A stretch of 32,000 nt of DNA, taken from assembly GCF_000017305.1 (NCBI RefSeq), contig NC_009664.2, forward strand, positions 4,710,001 through 4,742,000, given 5' to 3'. This document shows positions 22,165 through 31,243 of the stretch, piece after piece. The DNA comes from Kineococcus radiotolerans SRS30216 = ATCC BAA-149 (GTDB lineage: Bacteria; Actinomycetota; Actinomycetes; Actinomycetales; Kineococcaceae). Within the stretch, counting starts at the first letter, position 1. The number at the start of each line of letters is the position of its first letter. A program made the position numbers and the translations under genes. The notes beneath the pieces are model-generated. The model was not told the origin of the DNA, did no database searches, and worked only from the letters and a program-made list of their open reading frames with translations.

Positions 22165-23133
22165 TCAACGGCGGCCCCTGCTCAGCTTGTGCTGCGTCTC
22201 AGGCGCACCCCGCCGGAGCCCATCCTGTTGGCCTCGTCGCTGCTGAATCTTTAACCGCTGGTGCTGCTCGCGGCGCTCACAGAAGGTCGCCAGGTGCTCG
22301 GCGGCCTTGGCCGCGGTGTCCAGCGGCAGGGCCTGGTCAGGACTCGTCGGGCCGGCCATGACCGGTCGCCAGGTGTCGCTGTCACGGAAAGCGACGATGA
22401 GGACGCCGTCGCGGTCGACGACCTGGCTGTGGAGGTTGGGGGCGCCGGGTCCGGCGAGGACGAGGACGGGCCGGACGGGCGTGTGGATGCCGTGGCTGCG
22501 CAGCAGGGCTGCGGTCTTGGTGGCGCCTTGGCGGGCTTGGCGGAGCTTGGACTCCAAGCCGTAGGTGTCTTCCAGGCTCTGCTGGCGGCTGAAGAGGGCT
22601 TTGACTTCGAGGGCGAAGCAGCCTTTGGGGGCCAGGACGACGTGGTCGACGTCGAAGTGCTCGAAGGGGATCGCGCTGATGACGCCGTACACGCCGTCGG
22701 TGGTGCGCAGCTCGTCCCCGACGTCGCCCTCGACGCCGCGGCCGAGCCGGGCCAGGAGGCTGCCGTCGGCCAGGGCAAGGAAGCCGGCCCAGCCGACGGC
22801 GGCGGCGCCGAGGAAGACGCCGAGGATGCCGGCCTGCAGCTGCGGGTGCTCCCGGGCGCCGTAGCTGAAGGAGACAGCCGCGAGAGCGAAGGCGGCGAGG
22901 AGCTTGGTGAGGTCACGCCAGTTAGCGCGCAGCAGGTGCCGGCGGCGTGCGCGGAGGTCCTGCTCGAGCCAGGAGGCGCGTCGGCGTCGGTAGCGAGGGT
23001 AGGGCAGGCGCAGCTGGCCGTATCCGCGGCGATCACGCAGCCATCTCACCAGCGCAGCATCGACGTGGTGCGGGCTGTGCTTGAGGTCTACACCCTCACC
23101 CGCGTCGGTCTCTCGTCCCCGCTGGTCTTTCAC
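22165..23133 (-). CDS. NERD (nuclease-related domain) protein with N-terminal TM helices
   Basis: 322 aa from GTG 23133. Two hydrophobic helices (LLAAFALAAVSF, GILGVFLGAAAVGWAGFLAL) precede FEHFDVDHVVLAPKGCFALEVK (22621-22670 region). This matches the NERD pattern D.DH.vi.p.G.f.iE.K. Confidence 0.7.
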   Translation of the reverse strand: MKDQRGRETDAGEGVDLKHSPHHVDAALVRWLRDRRGYGQLRLPYPRYRRRRASWLEQDLRARRRHLLRANWRDLTKLLAAFALAAVSFSYGAREHPQLQAGILGVFLGAAAVGWAGFLALADGSLLARLGRGVEGDVGDELRTTDGVYGVISAIPFEHFDVDHVVLAPKGCFALEVKALFSRQQSLEDTYGLESKLRQARQGATKTAALLRSHGIHTPVRPVLVLAGPGAPNLHSQVVDRDGVLIVAFRDSDTWRPVMAGPTSPDQALPLDTAAKAAEHLATFCERREQHQRLKIQQRRGQQDGLRRGAPETQHKLSRGRR

Positions 23134-23228
23134 CTACCCGGGACCTCTCGCCCGCACTGGCGCTCCGCCCCTGTACAGCGCTCGCGACAGGACGCAAACG
23201 CCCGTAGAAGTCAGCCCGTTGGGACAAG

Positions 23229-25028
23229 ATGAGACGCGTGGATGCTCATGTCTCCCTGGCCTTGGCCTTGCAGTCCGGCCCCGGCACGGTCGCTGCCTTG
23301 CTCGGGGCCGGTGCGTCGGCGTCGGCGGGGCTGCCCACGGCGTGGGAGGTGCGGCAGGAGCTGATCCGCCGGGCCGCGCTCGCTGCCGGTGAGGCGGTGC
23401 CGACCGACCCCGAAGCATGGTGGTCTGATCGCGGTGGCAGCGCAGGCTACGACGGGCTGCTGGCGGAGCTGGCGCCCACGCCGGCGGGGCGGCGCGACTT
23501 GCTGCGGGGCTTCTTCGAGCCCACCGAGGACGGGCGCGAACGGGGGGAGAAGCGTCCCGGTGCGGTGCACCACGCGCTGGCCCAGCTGGTGGTCACTGGC
23601 GCGGTGCGGGTGGTACTGACGTTGAACTTCGACCGCCTCATCGAGACCGCGCTGCGCGAGGCGGGTATCGAGCCGGTCGTCATCGACTCTCCGGCCGCGG
23701 TGGAGGGGATGGAACCGCTGCAGCACCAGCGAGCGGTGGTGGTGCACCTGCACGGTGACTACCTCTCACCCGCGACGCTGAACACCCCCGAGGAGCTCAA
23801 TACCTACCCGGCTGCGCTCAACGCCTTGATCGATGAGGTCTTCGACCGTTATGGCCTGCTCGTCATCGGCTGGTCAGCGACGTGGGACAACGCCCTCCGA
23901 GCGCGCCTGCAGGCCGCCCGCAGCCCCCGCTACGGCACCTGGTGGATCGACCAGTTCCCCCTAAGCGGGCACGCCCAGGACCTGGCCAGCGCCCGTCGGG
24001 CCGCGGTGGCTATCGCAGATGCGGGGGTAGAGCTGGCGCGGGTGGTCGACGCGCTGCAGGCGCTCGCGGAACAGCGCCTGCAGGATCCCGTGGGGCCGCC
24101 CGCGGCTGTGGCCTTCGCCAAGCGAGCCCTGGCCGGGGCGAATGTGGCCATTGGTTTGCATGACACCCTCAGCCGGGAGACCGACCGGGTAGCGAACCTC
24201 GACGCTGTCCGCTCAAATGAGTTCAACGTGGGCGGTAATCAGCTGGCGGCCGTGTACGCCCGTCGTCGGGATCAGATTCTCGCCGGCACCGCCACGTTAA
24301 GCGCGCTGGTGGCTACCAGCGCTTACTGGGGAAATGAGCGCACCGATGCTTGGTGGTTACCCACCATCACCCGCTCGGTGCCACGCGAGATCGTCGGTGG
24401 ACTCACGCCGTTGATCGGCCTGCGTTTGGGAGTGGCGACGCTGCTGACCCACGCCGCCGGCATCGCTGCCACCGCCGTCCGTCGCGACGAGCTGGTTGCC
24501 CACTTGGCCGCCGGTAACCGCCTCACGTGGAATGACCAAATCCTAGAGGCGGCTGCGGTGCTGACCCCGGCGGTGTTGTGGGCAGAAGACGGCGCCGACG
24601 CCGAACTGCGCCTGCGAGAGTACTTGCGGCCGCTGCTGCAGAACCACCTCGCCCTCGGCGCCGCCGGGTATGAGCACGCGTGGGAGGACTGGGCCGCAGT
24701 GTGTTACCTCACCCGGCGGCAGGCGGGCACCACTGTGGCTGCTCCCCTCATGGTCATCGACGGCAACGAACCGTACGCGCCGGCCTTGAAGCGACTCAAA
24801 GGGCGAATCAAGGATTTACCGGAGAACACGGGCCTGTTCGCTCATGGCAATCTTGGCGGCAGGATCGGGCTGGCGTGGCCGCTCCTCGAACGCTACGAGA
24901 GTCAGGTCGCCGAGTGGGCCAAGGAGCTCGACCGGAACCACATTACTCCCTTTGGTGCCGGCATCGGAGGAGGCGTCATTCCTACAGGGCCGCGTTACCC
25001 CGGTCGTCCTGATTTGGCGTGGCGCTGA
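23229..25028 (+). CDS. SIR2-like (SIR2_2 type) domain protein, probable NADase-type defence effector
   Basis: 599 aa. LLGAGASASAGLPTAWEV (23301-23339), VVLTLNFDRLIE (Asn at 23625-23627) and VVHLHGDY (His at 23751-23753) reproduce the GAG.S..GlP.W / TTNYD / hLHG blocks of prokaryotic SIR2 defence proteins. The C-terminal roughly 350 aa is unrecognised. Confidence 0.8.
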   Translation: MRRVDAHVSLALALQSGPGTVAALLGAGASASAGLPTAWEVRQELIRRAALAAGEAVPTDPEAWWSDRGGSAGYDGLLAELAPTPAGRRDLLRGFFEPTEDGRERGEKRPGAVHHALAQLVVTGAVRVVLTLNFDRLIETALREAGIEPVVIDSPAAVEGMEPLQHQRAVVVHLHGDYLSPATLNTPEELNTYPAALNALIDEVFDRYGLLVIGWSATWDNALRARLQAARSPRYGTWWIDQFPLSGHAQDLASARRAAVAIADAGVELARVVDALQALAEQRLQDPVGPPAAVAFAKRALAGANVAIGLHDTLSRETDRVANLDAVRSNEFNVGGNQLAAVYARRRDQILAGTATLSALVATSAYWGNERTDAWWLPTITRSVPREIVGGLTPLIGLRLGVATLLTHAAGIAATAVRRDELVAHLAAGNRLTWNDQILEAAAVLTPAVLWAEDGADAELRLREYLRPLLQNHLALGAAGYEHAWEDWAAVCYLTRRQAGTTVAAPLMVIDGNEPYAPALKRLKGRIKDLPENTGLFAHGNLGGRIGLAWPLLERYESQVAEWAKELDRNHITPFGAGIGGGVIPTGPRYPGRPDLAWR

Positions 25029-25164
25029 CGGCAGCAGGATCCGACCAGCCTGTGGAAATCAGCAGTGACTGACGCGGTGACTAGGGCCCAGATGCTGCGC
25101 CTGTAGTCGTCCTGATGCTCAACGCTTTGGTCTGCGGTGCACCTCGCACGACGTCGGACTCTGC

Positions 25165-28100
25165 TTACTGCTCCAGCTCCTTCTGGACAAGGATCGCCAC
25201 TGACGACCCGCGTCGAGCGAGGTTGTCGACCAGTTGCAGTAGAGCCCGACGCAGCGATCCAGGTTCGTGCTCCTCCCGCACCACATCTCGCAACCAGGTC
25301 TCGACGTATTGACTACGCCCCAGAATCCGAGACCCGTCGGGCCCAATCATCCTCAGGACGAGGCCCATTGCCTGGGGCGTACGTTCCAGCGCGTTGGCGG
25401 CCAGGCAGAGCAGCAGCCGGTCGACGAGGTCGGGGGACGGTTCGGACGCCGTCACCCAGCGATCGATCACGCGGGCGTACTCATCTGGCGGCCAGGAGGC
25501 TCCGGACTGCGGTATCGGTAGTAGCGCTTCGTCCAGTTTACGTCTCGATGCTTCTTGTCGGGACCGGCGTGATGCTTCCCGTGCAGACCGCGCCGCGGGC
25601 AGCAGCTGATCAAGCAGTCTGGGCCAGACCTCGAACGACCGTTGTCCCTGCGTGGTCGACACGGCCTGGAGCGCGAGTGACTCAACGACAAAAGCCAGCT
25701 CCTCGGGGGCAGGGGTGAACGCCGTGAGATAGCGGTCGAGGATGTCGTCATTGCCGTCGAGCACCGCGGAGGAGACCCAGAGACTGATCTGCTGACACCA
25801 GTAACGCGATCCGCGAAACCCGCGGGGGATCGCATCGGTGGGTCTACGCCTTAGGTCATACTCGACAAGCGCGGCCAGCGTTCGTCGAGCGCCCTCGCCG
25901 TGCGGGCAGTCACAACGTGCCGCCGCCCTTAGCCCGGGTAGCGCGTCCGCGGCGGTGTCGTAGTTCAACAGGGTGTCGGGATCGGTAAGCGCCTCCTCAA
26001 GAGGTTGCCTCAAACGCTTGCGGGGACGTTCTTGACCGTTCCACGGACCAACTCCTGCAGCCAGGATCCACTCAAGGTAGACGGCCATGGCGGTGGTGTG
26101 TCGTGCGTGAGTCCTCTGCTTCGTGCAGTCGGTGTCGTTCCACGCTGCGGCCAGCCCTTGCAGGAGGCGGTCTCTGACCTGGCGGGACTGACTGGCCGAC
26201 AGCATCTCTACTATGGAGGTGAACTGATCCTTATCTTTGCCGCATGCATCCAGGAGGAGGTCGTCGCTGAGCAGGCGGGTGATCGCGGTCGCGAGTGACC
26301 GGTCGGCGCCGAAGTCCCAACTCATGTCGCGGTCAGCGTCCGCGAATTTGGGCGTGTTCTCGTTCACGAGGCGGAGAAGTGTTTCCACGGCGGTGGGCAG
26401 CATCTGTAGTTCTGCCTCGCCGCCACGGGCCGCCTGCACTACGACGGCGGCCGCAGCCATCGCCAAGGTCTCGGCAGGGTTGAAGGCGATGCCGAGCTCG
26501 GAGTCGCTGCCCTCGTCGCGCACCATGGTCCCAACGGTGGTGTACAGCTGCGCTGCCGAGCCGGGCTGGTCTACTGATTCGTCGCGGATCTTCATGGCGG
26601 CGAACAGGTGGTTGGACAGCTCGAGACGGGTGCGGGCCTCACGGCCGCCGCCTTCTTCCAGTTGCTGTTGAAGATCAGAGGGCAACTCGACTGAAACCTC
26701 CAGCTGGTTCGGCTGGTTCTCGACCGGGTTGAGCCGGTAGTACTCGATCCGAAACATGGACGCGCGCCGCCGAGCGACGGCCAGCTCCGGGGAGCCCTCA
26801 GCGGGTTCACCTTGGCGAGCACGGGAGTTTGTCAAGAACCGTTCACCGGTCGCTTCGAGTTCACGGCGACGTTCCTCGTCGCCACCTAGTACGAGCTGTA
26901 TGACGACACCGTCGACCTGGGTGCTCAGCCCGGGCTCGCCGGTGTCCCACCCTGCACCACCACCGAAGATTCGGGACGTTTCCATGTCCCAGACGTCCGG
27001 CTCTTGGAGGAAGGGGTCTAGCAGTGCACCGGAAGTCGATGGGTTAATGAGCAGGAGGGAGTACCCCACGGCTGCCAGTGCCGGACTCACACCTGCGAGC
27101 AGGACATCGTCCAGGATTTGTTCTAGAGGCCGCTTGCTCACCTGTGCAACTGCCCATCGGCGCAGCGCCATTAGAGCCGACATGGCCGGGTAGGGCCCGG
27201 TACCAGCCCGCTGGTACCACCCCCAGGCAGAAGCGGGACCGCGATAGGTGCGGGCGTTCGACCAGTGCGGGAAGGTGAGTTCGAGAGCCAGTGGACGCTG
27301 CGGCCTGGAGAACGAAGCTTCTTCGCGTCCTCGGTGCCGGGTGGCGGCATCGACGACGGCACCCACCAGCCTCAGACCGTGGGCAGGTGAGTGGTCCAAC
27401 AGGACAGCGAAGGGCCCCCAGTCGGGCCCAGTCAAACCGAAACCGCGGCGGCGTGCGGTGCGGTGCGAGTGGTCGCGGATACCGTCCTCGTCGCCTGGAA
27501 CGCCCAGCCGTCGGCGGCCTCGCAGGGTGCGGCGCGGGGTCATCGGGAGCCGGCCTCGTGCACCATCCATGTCCAGCGGCCAGTCGAGGTAGTAGCAGCC
27601 AGCCAGTTCCAAGAGCAGATCGGGGTTGTCTCGGGCCAACGCGGCTGCAACGTCCGGATCTTCGATGATTGCTTCGAGGTCGTCGCCGCGTTCGACAGCT
27701 CGCTCGAGAAGCGGGCTGGCTTCGGCGGGGAGGTTCTGGCCGAGCAAGCCGAGGACGGCAAGGGCGGACTCGTAACGCTGCCCATACGTGGCATCCCCAG
27801 CCCAGCTGACCGTCGCGGCGCACAACCGCGATGAGTCGATGCCGAAGTCGCCCGGCCGCAGGCGGTGGAGTTCCAGACTGCGGAGCCATCGTTCCGTCAG
27901 CAACACGGCGGACGCTGCCAACCCTTCCGACAACTCCGCGGCGGTAGCGATCAGCAGTCCGATCACCGGGGCAGCCAGCACGCTGTTGAGAACGAGACTG
28001 GCACCATCGAGCGTCATGCGGTCGGGCGTCGTACGGTCGGTCGTCGCGAAACGAGTCGTCACCGCGATGAGCCGCGCGACATCCAAAAGACGCGGTTGTC

Positions 28101-30261
28101 CGGCGGTGTTGGGGACCAGCTCCTGTAGGTCGAGCCGCTGCAGACCGAGCCCCTGCAGGACAACCCCGGGGTCAGCCAAAGACAAAGCCGACTCGTACGG
28201 GACGTCACTCCAGCGGTCGCCGTCGCGGGCCGCGAGCCGTTCACAGACTGACAGTTGCTGCTTCCAGACAGCGCGCAGCTCTGCCGGGTCGCTCGCTGCG
28301 GACAGGGTGCGTTGTCCGGCCAAGCGGACTGCTCGCAACAGCGGACGAGGGGAGTGAACCTGTTCCAAAAGCGCCGGATCGTCGGCCAGGACCATGGCTG
28401 CTGCGTAGTCGGCCAGGACGTCGTGGGAAAACCGGTACGTCCGGCCGTGGCGCGTCAGGACGTCGTCGCTGACGAGGCCGCCCACTGCGGGGCCAGGAAC
28501 CGTTGACAGGGATGTGCTGCCCGTGCCGGTGATGACGGCTTCCGCCGCCTCCTCCCAGGCGCGGCTTCGCTCATGGGGTAATCCCTGCCCTGGACGCATC
28601 CCCTCGGAGCGTCGGACGACCGTGTTGTAGAAGAGGTCGAGGATGGTTTCCTCACCGATCGGGTCCTGCTCGGGCAGGGCACTGCCTGACCGGACGATGA
28701 GATCGACGAGGTACGGCCGGCGCAGGAGCTGATTACTGCGAGGGTGACGCAGAAGAGGCGCCAGGAGAGGGAAGGCCTGCTCCACCTCGTTCATCTCGTC
28801 ATCGGTGAGGTCGCCCACCGGCACGTGTGAAGTCAATCGATCACCGAGATGATGGGTCAGAGGGTCGGCAGCTTCTCGGCGGCAGGTGATGACGACGGTC
28901 CATGGCGGACTCTTCCGTCCGCCCGTGGGTGCCGCGTCCAGCAGGAACTCCAGCAGCCGTCCTGCGTCGGCCAGGGCGTTCTCGGCCCCGTCAATGAGCA
29001 GGATGCGAGACCCCGCGGTGGGTGCGGCTGCCAGCGCTGTGGGCAGGTGGGGGATACCCAGCTCGTCCTGAAGGCTGGTGGGACTGTCGCCGCCTCGCAC
29101 AGCAAGATTGATGGCCACCACCGTCGCGTTCTCGCCCTGCTCTTGCACACAGCGACGAGCCAGGACCGATTTACCCACACCGGCGCTTCCTGAGATCAGC
29201 ACCAGCCCACCGCCCGCAACAGCCCGGTCGATCTGATCGACAACGCGTGCGCGTTCCAGGCGCAGGGTCCCGCCGATCTGGTCGACGGTGCGTGCCAGCT
29301 CATCCGCCGACGCGGTGAGGACACGCTCGAGCTCGTGCCTGTGCTGGGGAGCGGTGTCCAGGGCGACACCTGCGGCCAGGAGGGCGGCCCGGAGCATGGG
29401 CACGTTGATGACGCCCGCGTTCGGTCCCCAGCCTTCAGCCAGCGTACGCAGCTGCGCGAAGAGCGAGCGCACCGACGGCGCCGCGGAGGGGAAGACCTGC
29501 GCGAGGCGGCTCAAAGTGTCAAGGAAGTCGCGCCCGTCCTCACCGATCTCCATGATCCACACGTGCAGATGACGCAGAAGGTCGTGGACGAGCCGGTCCA
29601 CCCCCAGCTCGTCGACCTCTAGGCCCTGTCCGGTGCTTTCCTGGTCGCCTCGTTCGGCTAGGACCCGCTCGACGGCGGCCTTGACGTGGTCGTACCGACC
29701 ACGGACCTCGGCGCTCATCGCTCCCGGCATGAGCAGCCCGAGGAAGGTGTCAACGCTGGTATGAGCCCGGGCGATGACGGTCAACCGGTGCAGCTCTTCC
29801 AGCTGGGCCCTCGGGCCGCCGGCGGCGAGGCCTAGACGGAGGCTGCCTGCGTCCAGCTCGTCGTGTCGGGTGGACAGCTCCTGCAGACACTGTCCCAAGA
29901 CGTCGAGGAACGCGCGGTCTGAGGGGGTGGGAGCCGCCCGGCGCTTGACCTGGTAGTCGATGCTCGATGGCGATGCGCCCTGATTGGAGGTCAGGACCAG
30001 GTCGTCCAGAGCGTGGCCTGCTACGCGCCGCTGTAGGGCGATGCTGGTGGGGGCTGTGTCCAGCCCTGGCATCAAGTCCCCGGTCAGCAACCGTCCCAGC
30101 GCGAGTGCGGCGAGGGTGTACTCCTCGATCGTGCCCGCCCCGCCGGTTGCCTCAGGCGACACCTGTGCCACACCCACTCGCCCCCCGTGAACGACCACAT
30201 GACCTGCTCTGATCGGCGACCCGTCCGATGGGGCGGGCCGCCAAGCCCTACGACAGATCAT
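25165..30261 (-). CDS. Giant STAND/NACHT-type P-loop NTPase with nuclease-like N-terminal domain and long helical C-terminal region
   Basis: Walker A LISGSAGVGKSVLA (29167-29190), Walker B RILLIDGAENAL (28981-29007) and VVITCRRE (NACHT-like hhhTSR). The N-terminus reads GGAGTIEEYTLAALALGRLL...ALDDLVLTS...IDYQVKRR (29941-30015), a PD-(D/E)xK / Cap4-DUF4297-like pattern. About 1,100 aa of helical sequence lie downstream. The ORF is open to 30414. ATG 30261 or GTG 30171/30177 (after GGGGGG) are more plausible starts. Confidence 0.8.
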   Translation of the reverse strand: MICRRAWRPAPSDGSPIRAGHVVVHGGRVGVAQVSPEATGGAGTIEEYTLAALALGRLLTGDLMPGLDTAPTSIALQRRVAGHALDDLVLTSNQGASPSSIDYQVKRRAAPTPSDRAFLDVLGQCLQELSTRHDELDAGSLRLGLAAGGPRAQLEELHRLTVIARAHTSVDTFLGLLMPGAMSAEVRGRYDHVKAAVERVLAERGDQESTGQGLEVDELGVDRLVHDLLRHLHVWIMEIGEDGRDFLDTLSRLAQVFPSAAPSVRSLFAQLRTLAEGWGPNAGVINVPMLRAALLAAGVALDTAPQHRHELERVLTASADELARTVDQIGGTLRLERARVVDQIDRAVAGGGLVLISGSAGVGKSVLARRCVQEQGENATVVAINLAVRGGDSPTSLQDELGIPHLPTALAAAPTAGSRILLIDGAENALADAGRLLEFLLDAAPTGGRKSPPWTVVITCRREAADPLTHHLGDRLTSHVPVGDLTDDEMNEVEQAFPLLAPLLRHPRSNQLLRRPYLVDLIVRSGSALPEQDPIGEETILDLFYNTVVRRSEGMRPGQGLPHERSRAWEEAAEAVITGTGSTSLSTVPGPAVGGLVSDDVLTRHGRTYRFSHDVLADYAAAMVLADDPALLEQVHSPRPLLRAVRLAGQRTLSAASDPAELRAVWKQQLSVCERLAARDGDRWSDVPYESALSLADPGVVLQGLGLQRLDLQELVPNTAGQPRLLDVARLIAVTTRFATTDRTTPDRMTLDGASLVLNSVLAAPVIGLLIATAAELSEGLAASAVLLTERWLRSLELHRLRPGDFGIDSSRLCAATVSWAGDATYGQRYESALAVLGLLGQNLPAEASPLLERAVERGDDLEAIIEDPDVAAALARDNPDLLLELAGCYYLDWPLDMDGARGRLPMTPRRTLRGRRRLGVPGDEDGIRDHSHRTARRRGFGLTGPDWGPFAVLLDHSPAHGLRLVGAVVDAATRHRGREEASFSRPQRPLALELTFPHWSNARTYRGPASAWGWYQRAGTGPYPAMSALMALRRWAVAQVSKRPLEQILDDVLLAGVSPALAAVGYSLLLINPSTSGALLDPFLQEPDVWDMETSRIFGGGAGWDTGEPGLSTQVDGVVIQLVLGGDEERRRELEATGERFLTNSRARQGEPAEGSPELAVARRRASMFRIEYYRLNPVENQPNQLEVSVELPSDLQQQLEEGGGREARTRLELSNHLFAAMKIRDESVDQPGSAAQLYTTVGTMVRDEGSDSELGIAFNPAETLAMAAAAVVVQAARGGEAELQMLPTAVETLLRLVNENTPKFADADRDMSWDFGADRSLATAITRLLSDDLLLDACGKDKDQFTSIVEMLSASQSRQVRDRLLQGLAAAWNDTDCTKQRTHARHTTAMAVYLEWILAAGVGPWNGQERPRKRLRQPLEEALTDPDTLLNYDTAADALPGLRAAARCDCPHGEGARRTLAALVEYDLRRRPTDAIPRGFRGSRYWCQQISLWVSSAVLDGNDDILDRYLTAFTPAPEELAFVVESLALQAVSTTQGQRSFEVWPRLLDQLLPAARSAREASRRSRQEASRRKLDEALLPIPQSGASWPPDEYARVIDRWVTASEPSPDLVDRLLLCLAANALERTPQAMGLVLRMIGPDGSRILGRSQYVETWLRDVVREEHEPGSLRRALLQLVDNLARRGSSVAILVQKELEQ

Positions 30262-30285
30262 CTTGCCCGAGGGGCTCCGTCTTGA

Positions 30286-31243
30286 CGCCCTCATCCCAGA
30301 TACGTCCACGATCGACGCGGTTGTCTCGATGAGCGCGCCCAACGGCACGAGCAGGCCGCCGTGTGGGCGGTGGGGGACCGCTACGCCGCGGCGCGCGGCA
30401 TCGCGGACGGGCATCCCGCTGGGTCAGCTGATCCTGGTCGGGCACCACAGCGAGGGCCGGGCCCGGCGAGACGCGGCCCGGATGGGCGCGCACATGGATG
30501 CCAGCGTGGCCCACACCGACGCAGCCGAGGAGGCGCGGCGGGCGGCGCGGATCGCGAAGGCGGCCACCGATGCCCGCTACAACCCGGTGACGGTGGCGAA
30601 GCGAGTGGAGCGGTTGACCCCCAGGGTGGGGGCCGAGGAGAAGGCGCTCGCGCACTGCGAGCGCGCGGTCGCTGCCGGGCAGGCCGCTGCTGCGGCCCTG
30701 AGCGCGGTTGGCGGCCCGGACTCAGACCTGGATCGGGGGCAGGTGCAGCCCGACCGTCCTCGGGCTGGGGAGAGCGCGCAGGGGGCCGCGGTGCGGTATG
30801 GGCTGAACATGGCCGCCCACGCGGCCGCAGTCGCTGAGCGGTTGCAGGCGCACCGTGCCGACCTGGCCCACTGGCAGGCGGTGCGTGCCCGGCAGGTCGC
30901 GGATGGGACGGCCACCGGCGTCGGCCGGCACAACGTGGCGGCCGGGGATCAGGTGCGGGTGCGTGGGCACTGCTACGAGGTGGTGCGGGCGAACGCGAAG
31001 ACGGTGACGGTGCTCGGCATGTTCGGGCCCCGCGCGACCCTGTGGCAGGAGGTCCAGGAGCACCGGCGGGGAGCAGGCGGGACCGGTGACCAGGCGAGGG
31101 CGGGGGGGGTGACTCAACCCCTGTTCACGGCCCGTCAACCTCCGGCCGCGTCGGGGCCGGGCGTCCCGGCCGCGCAGTCGTGGCCCTGTGACGATCCAAA
31201 TTTCTTCGGTACCTCCCGCGCCTGCGCATCTGCGGGACCCTGA
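30286..31243 (+). pseudogene. DUF3560-like gene, 5'-truncated and frameshifted
   Basis: IPLGQLILVGHHSEGRARRDAARM...ARYNPVTVAKRVERL matches the conserved GQPILVGHHSE..R / Y.P.TVA.RI..L core of DUF3560 proteins. The N-terminal about 130 aa of the family is absent. The sensible upstream sequence (LDERAQRHEQAAVWAVGDRYAAARGIADG) is in another frame, with a 1-nt shift near 30410. Confidence 0.5.

Noticed and set aside
25029-25164. A bidirectional intrinsic terminator between the convergent SIR2-like and NTPase genes.
   Set aside because: I could not find a convincing GC-rich hairpin followed by a T-tract by eye.
30262-30414. ATG 30414 as the start of the giant NTPase gene.
   Set aside because: The first about 50-80 codons are low-complexity and overlap the DUF3560-like remnant on the other strand. 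The recognisable N-terminal domain begins near residue 90. ATG 30261 or GTG 30171/30177 are more plausible, but this is unresolved.
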